Assembly (NCBI GenBank): GCA_002633005.1
Contig: NMRA01000045.1
Location: 341,131 to 405,130, forward strand
Direction: 5' to 3'
Length of the DNA: 64,000 bases
Source: Phoronis australis
Taxonomy: Eukaryota; Animalia; Phoronida
The position numbers and the translations under genes were made by a program. Shown here piece by piece: positions 49,001 to 62,268 of this stretch. The first letter of the stretch is position 1. The number at the start of each line of letters is the position of its first letter. The notes beneath the pieces were generated by a model. It was given only the letters and a program-made list of their open reading frames with translations. It did not search any database and was not told where the DNA came from.

Positions 49001-52000
49001 GTAAAATATCCTACTTTGTCAAAGTTATGAAAATGCCCTCCTTGTAACACTAGGTGGGGTTAACATTTTTGGATTTACCCAAAATGCAAAACTGATTATT
49101 TTTGGCATTAGTGTCATATGGTAGCGTCTTTCATTGCAATTGCTTTTTGATTTTGTTTAGTAACTTCAATAGAAATCTGCAACATGATCCCTTTCTCAAA
49201 ATTTGAAATTGTTCCCCTCCGTTACAGTCATGAAAAAGGGGCACTCACATTTTATGTTTTCTGAATCTTTCTGAAACTTGTACTAAAACACATAAGCAAG
49301 AAAGTTAACTAATCTAAAAATTACAGACAGTTAATCTATTGAATTGTTCCCTCTGTTCTACGCAAAATACTCTGGAATGTCCCTAGTGCTTAAATGTTGG
49401 AGATTTAGTGAGATAGGAAGCAGCCATTTTGTCTTCGGGGACATGACATTTTTTGTTATTGTTTCATTAATAAATGCTGTGAGATACTTTGGTATGAACA
49501 ATATATTTTGATGCTTCTATGGAGGAGAAAGATGAATTGAAAAAAGAAACAAGTTTGAGTTATTACTTTTCTTGAAAATTAACTTTTGTCAATCAGACTG
49601 TTGTTGACAGACATGACATAAGTTATCAATCAATGTAATTAGATTTACCAATTAATAACTGGTCCTTACAAATTCTTACTACATTTGATAAAGCAGCCAG
49701 TTTGAAAATTAACTTTATTTGTCAATCAGATTGTTGCAGACATGACATAAGTTAGTAATCAATATAATTAGATTGACCAATTAATGGTTGATCTTCACAA
49801 ATTCTTATTACACTTGATTCAAAGATCTGCTATATAGCTGTTGCCCATGTGTTACTTGGAAATAATTATTTTATAAGTTGTTATTCAAAAAAGTTAAGAT
49901 GGCTGTAAAGTCAGAAAACCATAATCAACATATTGCATTCATTTGAATCCATTGAATTTAATGTATTTTCTACTCAAGCAAATGATATTTTGTTTGTGCC
50001 TTAAGTTTGAAAATTTTAGGCGGATGGCACAAAATACTGTGATGTATACCTAAAACGTACATCATAACTTGTTCGACTTATTTTCATGGAATCTAAATGG
50101 AGCCATGTGACCAGTCCTAAGTTTTAATTAACACCTAGGAATATTCCTACATGGTGCAGATACCTACATGGTGCAGATACCTACATGGTGCAGATACCTA
50201 CATGGTGCAGATACCTACATGGTGCAGATACCTACATGGTGCAGATACCTACATGGTGCAGAATAGCCCTTATTTGTGTTTTAATGTCTTTTAAATTAAC
50301 ATTGATGTAAATGCCTACATTTCTTTCAAAATATTTTCTGATGGTAGTAGCTATGCTACAATACTGTGGCAAAGCATTAAAGTGGAACTTGCAGGCTAAT
50401 TCTTTGTCTCTGTGATTGACCAAATTAGAAACACAACATTGGGGCGGTGTGAATATGACGAATGTTGGAAATTGCTAAATGTTTTAAGAACGAGTTTTGT
50501 GGCAAAAATGATCCATCACTGAACCGTGTCCAGTAAGTATCGTGATGTGCATCAGGTACATCGTTTGTGCAGAGGTCACATATTTGCAGAATTTTGGTTT
50601 TCACATCACAAGTTGTCAGTAAAGACAACTGCGCTGTGTTTAGCATAAATTATGTTAAAATAGCATTGTCATTTAGTTCCTGCTATACATTAGTATACTT
50701 AGGAGCATGCAGTTTGATGCTACATATCTTTTATGAAACAAATAAGAAAATTTCACTTGGCCGCTATATTGTGTGCTCAATTGGTCAGATTTTGCCTGTT
50801 CATCATCAGTCCCCCTGCACATAATTCTAGGCCAGATCTTAGGCACATGCAGCTTAGGGTGAAAGTAGACAAATTACGTTGCAAAAATGCGCAATTTCGG
50901 ATTTTGACGTATGAGCTTAACTACACGCACACAGAATGTTCCTCTGTCCTGTGTGATCAGGAGGTAAAATCATTATTGATTAATTTCAGAGCTACCGTGG
51001 TTCAGCTACAAGACATTTGGTACAAGGATGATGGTGGTCTGACACTGGTGTTGTGTGAAGAAGGTAAGATGATTTGCCTGTTCTTGTCATCCTGTGTTTA
51101 CAATCCAAGCAGAACTTACCCTTGAGAAGCAACATTCCGGGGGGGGGGGGAGATTCGGATTACCTGACTGAGAAAGTTATAAACTATGTATCTAGTGAAG
51201 ATCATTTTGTTGTCCATTTGTGTGTGGCAATCTTTTTAAGCTCGAGGGAAGTTCTGTGAAATTTGGTGGTTATTGTATTTTGTGCAAAATTAATTGCAGT
51301 GTCATTTTTCCAAACCTTGCTTTAGTGCTTTAAATCATGATTTTCTACTTGTTATTTTTGTCAGCTGATGATCAATTTTTTTAATGCTTATTTTTGTTGA
51401 GTCTTCTAACAAAGTAAAATTCAACTCTTTTCGTTATTGTATGCTGAATAGGTGAAGAGTTATCATAGGTCCATGAATCGTGCAGCTTTTGGCTTAAAAA
51501 TAAAAATCGTCTTAAAGTTATATTGATTGCTGTTTCAGTAATATGACATTACCTGCAGACACTCTGTCTCGTACATGCATGAGCATTGAGTGTTTTGATT
51601 AAATTTTGCAACATGTCACAAAAAGAGTTGTGGAATAAAGGCAAGTTTTAAATTGATGAATCCTTGTTTTTGTAATTTTGTTTTTTTCCAATTGTTTGGA
51701 ATTGAAACTATGACAGCATTTTACAAGGTTATACAAAGTTTTGATATTTTCATGTTTCAGGCTTTTCTTCTTATAGAAGCAGAAACAGTTAGTGCTGATA
51801 AGAGTGTTTATTGTTTGTCATGTCTGGAACTAATGTGTGCTAGCTGTTGTCTGGCAATTGAAAGTCCCCTGTTGATACGGAGGGACAGGATGTTTACTTG
51901 AGCATCCATAAAATAAACTGTTAATTATGAAATATGGCTACTGTAAGTTTATTTTGATGTGTGCCAAGTGCACATTGTTTAGGCTGCAGTGTGTTGGTGT

Positions 52001-55000
52001 CAGAGCCAATTATTGTGAAATATCCCACAGACATCAGTGGTGGGGCTATTAAAACTTGCATATTCCCACACACAGAATTTGCTCCAAAGTTAATGGTCCT
52101 TTTAAAATATTAAAATATTTTAAGCGATAAATACATGAGTGCATGTTTTTCTGTTATTCGTCACTTTTCACAAGAATGGCATAACACTTAAAAAGAACAT
52201 TCAAAAGTTTTTCATTAAAAAGACAACTGTGATAAGCATTCTAATATATTTCTGTCTAATTTCCATTTCTTTTTAAAATATTTTTATTAGGGCTAACTCG
52301 AACACTAGGTGGGGCTCCCTCCGGCTGTGTTCCGCTGGGAGGCCAGACCCCACTAAGAGAAGCGAAATAACACGTCATCAAATTTGCGACATTATATGAT
52401 TCTGCATATACCAGGGGCGGATCCAGGATTTTGAGTTAGGTGGGGCCAGGGCAGAGTATTAGGCAGAATTTTGCCCGTCAGACATTCGCATCCCCGAACT
52501 GCCAAATGGAATCTGGGAGAATTTTAGGGTTGGGGGCATGGCCTCCTTGGCCCCCCTCTAAATCTGCCAGTGTATACTGCTTATATGATCCTGTCCGTTG
52601 TGTGGATGTAAAAATTACAGTTTAAATCCATGCAACTGGAATTTATAGCACAAGCTCAGAGTTGCAGCCTCAAATCAACACACAAGTTATATTTTCTGTT
52701 GATCTGTAAGTGTGCATGCGTTTCTTGTGCGCTAGTACTGTGTACTGGTCCTAAGCACAGTTAAGTCAAGTAGCTATTATGCCACCTATTGGAGGTGATT
52801 TATAAACTACTTCTGTTGTTTATATTATGTCTCCATCTGCAGTACACAAACCAAAAGTAAGGTAATCTGGCAAAATGTCTCCACTCTCATGACGAATGGA
52901 TGTAAACAAATCCAGTTTTCCCATGCTGACTTTCCATATAAAAGGTTATAGGGTGTTCTCTGAGCTTATTCTGAGTCCATACTTTGGTCTGATACTTTTG
53001 CCATTTATCTGTCGTACTTCTGACAAGTTTGATTTTGGCTATACGGCAAGCTCTCATAAACTCATCTATTGTCTTACAGTGGAGGTAGAAACGACAACCC
53101 CGCTCCCAGAATGCAATGCTTGTGGTGTTGCCAAGTACTCTCTTGAATTCCAAGGACTGTGGTCACGCCAGACACACCCCAAGGACTTCCCATCAGGACA
53201 CTATGGTAGACTAATTGCAAGCAGTCATGTTATAGCCTGATAACAACCCATATCATACATAGGTTGTATAATGGGCACATTCTACAAAGCCATCTGAGGC
53301 ATAGTTGTTAAAGCATATGTTTTCCTATAGTTAATGGATACCAGCTGTTTTTTGTGCCTTTCATATGTAAAATGTGTTGAGTTCATGAAAGTTAATTGTT
53401 TTCCTCAAATTAAAGGTCATGTATTTGAATGAATGGGGATATACTGGGTGTCTCTAAAATGTTAACAGAGGTATTCTGAAATACGTGTACCAGCAAATGG
53501 TTTTGTGAGAAACTAAATGAGTGAATAATTATTCCGGGAATCTCACAGCAGGCTTAACAATGAATAAAAGTTAGGAAAAATGTTACAGCTGGTGCCAATT
53601 GCTGTTTTTAACACCAAACAACACCAATTGTACAGTTCCACTGCAGAGATCGAGGATTTTTCAAGAAAACTGATGTGCCAAGAATAAAACGGTTCTGTTA
53701 AAATATGACTTCTACATTTCTCAGTGTAAATTCTGTTCAGTTTGAACAGAGAATGCAGTAGTTGAAGGGGAAGTGCTCAATTTTTAGAACACACGAACAC
53801 TCTGGGAGTCTGAAAAAACATTCGTCGTTTCTTTGCACATTGGAGTCAGCTGTGACATTTTTTCCTTTTCCATATTTCTGTACCTTTCAAAATAAATTTC
53901 TGGTTTCTGAAATTAAGAAAACCACCTTTAATTTCCTCTAAAACTATTTCCTAGTATTCATTGTTAACTTTTTATTGCACCCTTTAGATACAATTAACAA
54001 AGTATGTCTGAAATTTGAGAAACTTATGCTTGCATTCCAAGTTAAAAAGTGTTTCTCAAAGTCGATATTGTGAGGAATTCAGTCTTTTGGATTGTCTCCA
54101 TTATTCCGTAAAACTGTATTATATTGACAATAGCCATAAATCTGAAGTATGTTTTGTAATGCTAGACCCTTGCAAGGTGTGGCCAGAAATCTTGGCTTAT
54201 CGAATGTGTTTACATAATTTGAATGTGTTTACATAATTTGTCTCAGTTTTTCATCCCAGCCTTGCCAACCAATTACTTCAGTGAGCCATTTTGTCAGTGT
54301 ATGCTGGTTTGACACATACTCACTGACACAAATTTTCATGATCTGGCCAAATTTGCAAGAAACTAGCCTTCTTAGCATAATCTCTAGTCACATGTCATTA
54401 TGGCAATAGTCACTTAGAGAATCAGTTTGATGCCTGTTGTTCAGTTCTCAAAATGTGGGACACCCTGTAAGTGCTTATCACCGCATTTATCCATCTCAAG
54501 ATTTTGGTTTGTTCCCAGAACCCCTCCTCCACTGGTCGAATATTGTGGGAGCATCGCACACTAGGGCTTACTCCATCTGGGAGTATGGTGGTTTATCTAC
54601 AAATGGTGTGAAGGAGGTGTGCGAACACGGACAAGTCCGGATCCTGGAGAGAGAAATATGGGGAAATGTAGGTGAATCCCAGCTGTAGGTGCTGAATAAA
54701 TTGTCGGTTGGTGTATAATTGTTATCATTTGTTTTTGTTATTGAAATGAAAAAGTTTTTAGTATATTTATCGATTTTATTTACACTGCCTCCTGAATGGT
54801 GTTTCATAGTGTTGTATTGTGTAGTGGAAGTTGCTTAGAAAGTCGGGTTCAGTTTGGAATCAATGATATCAGGTTTACAAGTGTTGTCTCTGATTGGTTC
54901 TTCTTGAACTATAGGTGGTATATTTTTTCCAGCTAAATTTCCCAAGTCCTCCAGTTTTGTGATTGGTATATTTCTTTTCTTGTGAATCGCATTCTCACAT

Positions 55001-58000
55001 GTCAATTACATCGTTTCAAAACTCGCATTTCAAAACAAAGAGGGCTTTTGGTCTTTAGCAAAGTTTTAACATTAAGGATAATTTTGTGAACATGTCTTCA
55101 GTCATTGTCAAAATCAAGTTGTTTTCTAATGCCCTGAATCATGAGAACTCTGAACGGAATGAGGATAAAAACCAAGACCAAACTGAAGATGTTTTAACCT
55201 GTTATAGCCCGTGGCAGGTATTTTATCCATCACCAGAGATGAAGAAAATAATTAAAGTAAAAGAGGCGTCATTTTGTCTTTTGTCCATGAGTCTCTACGA
55301 AGGATAATGCTCTGTTGTGGGTAATGCCTAAATTTCGTATCGGACATTGATCAAACTTTCAGAAAAGTATTTGTAAAGTACTTAAGTGTATTTTGCAATT
55401 CAATCTTAATTTTCTAGAATTTTGACCTCCTTTCTTTTCACACATCGGTATAGCGAAATGCTCTTCTGTGTGAAAGTACATTTCAATTAGGATTTTGTCC
55501 AACCTTTGACAATAGTATGATTGTAAAGTGCCATTTAGATAATCTAACTATTACATCAGTACAGCAAGTTTAACACAATGGCAAATGTTGAATGTTTTGA
55601 TTCAATTAGCAATGTGTACAAAAAACGAATCTTGAAATTAGGCAAATTATATCTCCTTGTTTCTTCTTGTTTATTGGTTGAAATGAAGCTCAAAGTTATT
55701 ATGATTTAGCTTTGTGAGCTACGTCGTTCTGAATTTATCTTGCTATGAAGTCAGCTATTTTTTACCTGTTGAAGCTGCACTCAGTAAGAATGTGCTTGAA
55801 AAATACATGGGATTTTTTACACCAATTTTCTTGCGGCAACGGCACTGGTATTCCACTTCATTGATTCTGCCTAGGTCACAGCTCAATAGACCAATTGTAT
55901 TGGGTCACAAACCAGCCAAGTGTCGTGTGAAGTTCTTGTCATGAGTCATTAGCAAAAACGTATCGTTTGTCTATACATATGGTGGGTAAATATAATGCAT
56001 CCTAATAACGAACCTGTGGGGAGTGAAGGCATTATGAGAGTGGAAACCATGAAGTAGCGAGAATGTGTTAGAAACAAGATCCACTGACCTTGACATTGTT
56101 GGTTGCTAGGCAAAAGATGTTCGTACTGTTATCATAACACCAGGCTTATGGGGTGTGACAGAGATTGTGAAGAAAGCCACAGCTAGATTCAGTGTCGACA
56201 AGAAGAATCATCTGATGTCCCTGGTTACCATGTTGGGCCCCAGTCCTGACTGGTGTACTGGTATGTGGTCATCGCTAGTGCTTACAGTTGGTATAGCAAT
56301 GTCTTACAACAGGTCCAGCTACTGCTTACTGTAGGTTCAACTAGTGCTTACCGTAGGTTCAGCTAGTGCTTACCGTAGGTTCAACTAGTGCTTACCGTAG
56401 GTTCAACTAGTGCTTACCGTAGGTTCAGGTAGTGCTTACAGTAGGTCCTGCTAGTGCTTACAGTAGGTTCAGCTTGTGCTATCAGTAGGTCCAATTAGGG
56501 CTTACAGTAGGTTCAGCTGGTGCTTACAATAGGTCTAACTACTGCTTACCGTAGGTCCAACTAGTGCTTAGTGTAGGTTCAACTAGTGCTTACATTTGAT
56601 CAAACTGGTGGTTACAGTAGGTCCAGCTACTGCTTACAGTTGGTCCAGCTACTGCTTACAGTAGGTCCAGCTAGTTAGTGCTTACAGTAGGTTCAGCTTG
56701 TGCTATCTGTAGGTCCAACTAGGGCTTACAGTAGGCCCAACTACTGCCTGTAGTTGCGAAGGCCCACGACTTGCTAATTTAGGACATGATATGGTGGAAA
56801 AGTTAAATTTTATTTTCCATATTTTTTAAAAAAAATATGTAGCATCAAATTAATGTTTTACCATGTTCAAGTTCAGTGCTGTAGCTACCATCAGAAAAAT
56901 ATTTTGAAAATTTGTGGACTTTCATAAAGCATAAGGAGACCTTGTGAAACTAAAACAGGGTAATTGTGGTTATTATTTTTGTCTGAAATTGGTAAAATTT
57001 TACCACGATACCAAACTTGAAACACTTTTTTGAAATTAAACAATTATTTGCCTTGCTCCAAGTAATGTTTCCAAATTCATGTGATGTGTTTGGTCGGTAC
57101 TCAAGCAGAGTCTCTTGTAAATTTCCGGTGGTCATGGACACTACTAGTGTGAAGTCGCAGATTGTACCTCAATGTCCAGCACTCTATATTGCCCAGTTCT
57201 TATAAACAAAACTTTTCGCTTGATAACCGAGATACTGGTATAAAAACTCAAGTCACATTTGTAGCTAATAGAATGTGCAAAAATAAATCCCCAAGTTTTG
57301 CGCAAGTTTTAGTTACAGCAGATGTTAAGTTGATCTCTATAAAAAAAATTTCAGACAAAATGTCTTGATCGTGTTATTGCAATCTTATTTTCTTGCACAC
57401 CATATGCTTTTTTAGTGATCGTAGATTCAAAAACCGTGCCATATTATTGATTGACATTCAGGGTTTAAAAGATATCTGAAAAAACTGGAACCACTGTTAA
57501 CAATCGTGATCAGTTACCTCCAGTAGTTGCTTTTAGTTTAGTAATGAAGCTTTGCATGGATCTTATTGTTTGTGCAGCCTTGCAGTAACTATTGAAGTGG
57601 AAAGTGAAAAAACCTTGTCAACTTGATAACGTGTTGTAAGAAAAACAGTCTTATCGCTTGATTTTTCTTTTGTCAATCATACACCTTGTATAATTGTTTT
57701 TCAGGTGTGAGCAATCTCAACTTATGTTTGCCCAATGGTACCTGGGCGGGAGATCAGGACATTCCACTCTACCCATGGGATGCTGGAACTGACAGTGGCA
57801 TTACATATATAGTCAGTGTTCAGGAAAGACTTTTGTCAGTCATTTAGGTGTCGCAGCTTTTATTTTATGATCACTTGATTTGTTGCTCACACAAATCTCT
57901 ATACATATCGTTACTCGAGCATTTCCTCATGTTAGCTACATTTTTGCGGCAACATTTGACGTTCTTTATTTTCTGAAGCCAATCAGTACTCCAAGAAAAC

Positions 58001-61000
58001 TTTGTCTTTGTTTTTGTCTAAAACATAATTATGTAAGGTTGACCTGTGTGCTATACCCAAAATATGTGTATTAGTACTAAAATTCGGCTTGTAGCACTAA
58101 GTACCCATTGACAGCAAGCCAGTAGGCTAGTGTGTCATAGACACGATAAGGGCTGTTCCAGTAAAATCCGTGTGGCAGGGGGGGGGGACGGCAGTAGAAA
58201 TAAAAATTCATGGGTGGTGGTCTTCAGAAAAAAAAATTATGGGTGGTCGTTCCTGTATTAAAGAAGTGATGCATTAAAAATGGGTGGTATTTTTTGACCT
58301 GTTAATGTTGACAGGTTGGATACTTCAGCCGTGTAAACTCAAAAAAATGCAATTGGCATATATCCTAACTTATCCCAATACAAAAAAGCCCATATTGCCA
58401 GTGAACAGAGTGCAATATGTTCACTAAGCCGTTAATCAGGTCATGGGCAACTTGATTTGAGCCAACTGTCTGCAGTCCTATTGAATTGAAAAGTTATGCA
58501 ACACTAAACTGGTGTTAATATAAGAAAATTGATGATTTTTAAATAAAAAGTATGAGGAGTAAGATAAACAAGTTCCAATATTCACTTGACATAGAAGTAT
58601 AAAAGAGTTCGTGAAGACAGTTTGAGATTCATAGATCCTTATAATTGAAAAAATGTTCATTGAAATTATAGACGCATGGTGAACAGAGACACCTGGTGGC
58701 TGCCAAAAGTATTGCCCACAGGCTACTTTAGTTTTTGACAATATTGGACAAGACAACTAGTTCTTGTCTGTCAATCATCTAATTTCTTAACAGGTCCTCC
58801 TGGAGGCAATTTGTTTGTAAGTGTTGGATTTTATATTTTAACCTATTAAAAATAATTTAAAAATTATGGGTCATGGGTTGGAGAAATAAATGAAAAATAT
58901 GGGTGGTGGGTACAAAATAAAGGTGCCTTCCCCCCCCCTCCCATACAGATTTTGCTGGAACAGCCCTAAGTGGAAAGTTGAATGGAAGGCTTGCTGGTTT
59001 TTGATTTAGAATTACGTTTTCGGTTCATAAATCTTGCAGCAACATCCTGGTAATTAGCTATTTTGCATTTTCACTCTGATGAAGCAGTTTTGGTGTTACA
59101 CATATCTGGTAAGATATGATAACTTTTGTTTCCCTATAAAGTTTGCTAAATACCTCTACCCTATTAAATCAAAAAATCTATTTGGGAATTCTTGTCAAGG
59201 TTTTGATAAATAGCTTTTGTCAACTTCACGTATAGTGACGATTCATTCTGATATTCCAGTCGCCAAATCTTCCCACAATCCCTCGTGCTCCCATTCAGCC
59301 AATCACCAACACTCGACCAGATAATCCTCGCGCTCCTTTCTACGGTAAGCACCCCGTGAAGCCAGTGGCGATTCTGCGAATACGCCGCCTGCCCCCTCGT
59401 GGCCCAGCGTGTGAAGAAGATGATGGCGAGGTGTTTTCCAGTGGATTTGGTGGCGTTAGTGACATGGAAAAGAAGATCATGATGGATAAAGGTTTGTAGT
59501 CTCATCCTATTGAAGCTAAATTTGAAATTTTTTTTTTGAATTTTTTCTTTGCCAACTGTCAGGTGTGAGATCCTCTTCCCAGTGCCAAATAGATTTTGAG
59601 AAAACTGGAAAATTAATGTGCACTAACGAAAAAGGCTATAAAATCATATTTGTTAACTGAAACTTGAAAATTCTATATGGTTCTGAATGGTTACGTATGT
59701 CATCTGACAGTTGAAACTGCTTCTGTGTATATACGTATAACATGGTCGACATAATATCTAGCTGCCACAGGTTTGATTCCAAATTTGAGATTAGGCAACA
59801 CCAATGAATTTTAAGAAAAAAATCTTTCAACAGGTTTTTCTGTTGGATGATAAACTAAGATAAAGTGGTTGTATGATGCCGTAAACTGTTATTAGCGCTC
59901 CAGTTTGTACATAAAAAATAGACTATCTGGGGACAGGTACTTAAGTTTGTCATTCGCATTCAGGTGGGTTGCATGTGAAGTCCACTTTTTGGCAGTAGGA
60001 AAGGTAGGCGGGGGGATTATAGTGCAGTGCTCTGGTATGCAGACTTTCTGTTCTGTATGCATGCAGAACTAAGTTTTGCCCCGTGTAGACTCTTTGGAAC
60101 GGGCTCTTCCTTTACGCTCGCCCAATGTGCAGTAAGTAGACAGGTGACAGGCACAAAGGGTCGTGCTTCTCCTGTCTATTGCTAAACATTGACCCCTTAA
60201 AAGGGAACTGTAATTTATTCTGAATAAATTCTGGATAGTTTTCTATGAATTGTTAATTAATTTCACAAATAATTCAACACCAAAAATTAAACTTATATTC
60301 TCTAACGAAGCTAAAAAATTATCGGCTTGGAGCGCTGCTTAGTCTCGTGACGTATTTGGCGGGGGCAAAGTCATTGTCCTATGTTAGCGTGCAATCAAGT
60401 AGCGTTTTTCATATTGTCGGAATAAGAAATTTTAGTGTGAAATGTCGGGTCACCAGGGATACCTGTTTGAGCCGAGGCAACACAAAGTGATACCCAGTCA
60501 TCGTCATCGTCAGACGAAAATTTGCCGGTGCAACTGGTGTCAGTGACTGTGCCGAGGGCAATGTGGACTCTAGCCATCCAGTCAGCCAGCTGTCAGCCAA
60601 TACTCCGGCAGCTCTGTAAACTTGAAGGGTTGGTAAGTTACCTACTGTAGCTGTATGAAGACTATCGTACCACTGTGTGTTGAGCTCCGTTAACCCCGAA
60701 ATTTCAGACAGCCGTTGACTACCCGGGTATAGTTGACTCAGTTATGCTCGTCACCTCGTCGTAAAACTTAGGCTACATCAACATATAAAGCTAACGGACC
60801 GGCGGGGGCGCATGCAAAATCTGGTATAGTCACCCGACACTCCCATTGTTCGTTGCAGCCGTTTAAATGGAAAACAATCAAATAAACGTCATTTGGTAGC
60901 ATAATTTGCCGCCTTTTTAACAAAGAAGTGTGTCGTCCGTTTCAAGAACAGCACGCTCGTGACACGGCGCACGCGCCATTTCATAAAAATTTGAGACGTC

Positions 61001-62268
61001 TTTCGGGACATGATAACAGCTTCGCAGCACCAAGGTTGTTCTAAAATTCGGTTTGCTGATGTAAAAATACTAAAAACTTGAAACAAAATGAAACAAGCTC
61101 CGATAATTTGTTATAACATGTACGCAACCTAGGTACCGTCAGCGACGAACACTTGATAAAAGAATCAGGGGGAAAAGAAACTGGTAAAGGTCAGGTGACG
61201 TAATCGCAAAAAGCCGAGAACACATCACAATTTTACTAGCAGCAGCCGATGAACGATCGCTAACATTTCCAACACCGGTAAATACAGAAGTTAGTTTACT
61301 CTAGGAACCTGGTTCCTAGGTTTACTAGGATGACTTAGTTTTAATGACATTTATTGAGTCGGATTTTATTTGTACATTTTTACCCATATCGGCTAAAACC
61401 TGTAGTCCCATATCTACACTGAGCTTTGGGCCAAGGCTTGGGTAACCCGGCGATGGTATGCGATGACCATCCGTTTAGAAGACGCCTTTTTCGAAGAGTT
61501 TGAGCAACCAGGTGCCCTACAAAAAGGCATAGCGAACCTTTTACAGCACTGTGGCAAACAATAAAAATAAGGACGATTGATACAATGATAAATTACGATG
61601 TAAACTCTTCAAATATGACATAAGCAATGAATGTGTAAAGCAGCCGATACCCCGCCGTTCACGTCACTGACGCATCAGCCAATCAGCGATCGCTTTCAGA
61701 ATTCAGTGTTTTGACCATGAATTCGAATTGGCTTTAGTTTGGCATGCAAGTCAGGCAAATGTGAGTTTTATTTGTATGTTTGAACCGATTAACTGCAACA
61801 TTATTTTGACTACAGTCCCCTTTTAAGGTCGCTACACTTGTTTGGTCCATGGTGTTTGCTCCCCTATATATACTTCGTGTCTTGCAGAGTTAATGATGAA
61901 ATGTAGGACATCAAACTGGACCGAGTGGAGTGACTGCTCCGTTACTTGCGGCATTGGCATGAGATTTCGTATGCGCCAATACCTCATGCCTGGTGTCGAC
62001 TCCATGTGTGGATTGACACTCAAGGAAACCGATAGGTGCATAGCGCCAGAAAATGAATGCGAAGACGCTGGAACTATTTGCGCCTCGACACCATTTTCTG
62101 ACTGGTCACCATGCTCAGTCACTTGTGGACTAGGGGTCACCATGAGACAGCGTCATTTTCTCAATCCCATGGGTAAACTGAAGTGCAACAAGCAACTTGT
62201 GGAGAAAAAGTTGTGTGTTGCTACAGTGGAAAGCTGTGCCGCGGCAGAGAAGGGAAAGGACTGGGCTG
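30734..62268 (+). CDS. SPON1: Spondin-1 / F-spondin (signal peptide, Reeler, Spondin_N, TSP1 repeats); 3'-incomplete in this window
   Basis: Exons 30734-30917, 45154-45254, 46701-46840, 50990-51063, 53080-53205, 54519-54667, 56110-56260, 57705-57811, 59260-59491 and 61888-62268; all GT-AG with matching phases. Motifs: YRPGQTY, WQAPPSGSGCVEFRATV, CNACGVAKYSLEFQGLWSRQTHPKDFP, HWSNIVGASH, MLGPSPDWCTGVS, LYPWDAGTDSGITYISPN, WTEWSDCSVTCG, WSPCSVTCG. Confidence 0.95.
31290..31416 (-). mobile_element. Possible tRNA-derived SINE remnant
   Basis: The minus strand starts ggagacagtgtggctcagtggtt (A-box-like) followed by a degenerate B-box; no cloverleaf. Confidence 0.35.
34539..34793. mobile_element. 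CAGGGCTT-type MITE (5-bp TSD)
   Basis: c(t)agggcttggaat ... atttcaagccctg, flanked by aagac/aagac. Confidence 0.55.
36570..37100 (+). mobile_element. Decayed LINE reverse-transcriptase fragment
   Basis: Frameshifted motifs DFKKAFDTV, GV..GCTLSP, LLYADD and YFKY appear in the expected order. Confidence 0.7.
37220..37468. mobile_element. CAAGG-terminated MITE (5-bp TSD)
   Basis: TIRs caaggtacc(ac)ctaaactacac / gtgtagtttaggtaccttg; TSD acttc/acttc; internal cacgga subrepeats. Confidence 0.75.
37667..38003. mobile_element. Foldback (almost fully palindromic) MITE (5-bp TSD)
   Basis: The arms pair over most of their length (aaacaggaaccc..tgtaaaa / ttttaca..gggttcctgttt; ccgaccttttaaaca / tgttttaaaggtcgg); TSD agtct/agtct. 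Confidence 0.8.
41934..42150. mobile_element. TA-flanked MITE, same family as 3757-4039
   Basis: Termini tacggaaaactcgcggg / cctgcgagttaacggta; ttaagcgcccac and taatcgcccacccc subrepeats. Confidence 0.6.
42160..43706. repeat. ~750-bp direct duplication split by a single N, including a (CA)n microsatellite at 42918-43002; probable haplotype artefact
   Basis: 42160-42916 is near-identical to 42990-43706, with two indels and a few SNPs; N at 42917. Confidence 0.85.
48274..48429. mobile_element. hAT-type MITE
   Basis: Perfect 14-bp TIR cagtgctgtagtgg / ccactacagcactg; 8-bp TSD ggcatagg. Confidence 0.88.
49572..49820. repeat. Diverged ~130-bp tandem duplication
   Basis: ttgaaaattaacttt..tgtcaatcaga..cagacatgacataagtta..acaaattctta occurs twice. 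Confidence 0.7.
50146..50262. repeat. Perfect 17-bp minisatellite (cctacatggtgcagata) x ~6.9
   Basis: Head-to-tail identical units with no spacers. Confidence 0.95.
52412..52572. mobile_element. CAGGGGC-type MITE, copy 3 (5-bp TSD)
   Basis: caggggcggatcc ... aaatctgccagtg; TSD tatac/tatac. Confidence 0.8.
56274..56747. repeat. 22-bp minisatellite (consensus ctagtgcttacagtaggttcag), ~21 degenerate units
   Basis: Directly visible tandem array beginning ~14 nt after a spondin donor site. Confidence 0.9.
58150..58966. mobile_element. PIF/Harbinger-type non-autonomous element
   Basis: TIRs gggctgttccagtaaaatc / gattttgctggaacagccc; TAA TSD on both sides. Confidence 0.85.
60201..61822 (+). mobile_element. 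Non-autonomous TTAA-targeting DNA transposon (Kolobok-type) with a decayed cargo gene
   Basis: TTAA|aagggaactgta ... tacagtcccctt|TTAA (11/12 TIR match, RR..YY ends); the interior is homologous to 5628-6380. Confidence 0.75.

Noticed and set aside
50146-50262. Regular short repeats resembling a CRISPR array (also 56274-56747)
   Set aside because: Head-to-tail units with no unique spacers and no cas genes, inside a eukaryotic intron; these are minisatellites.
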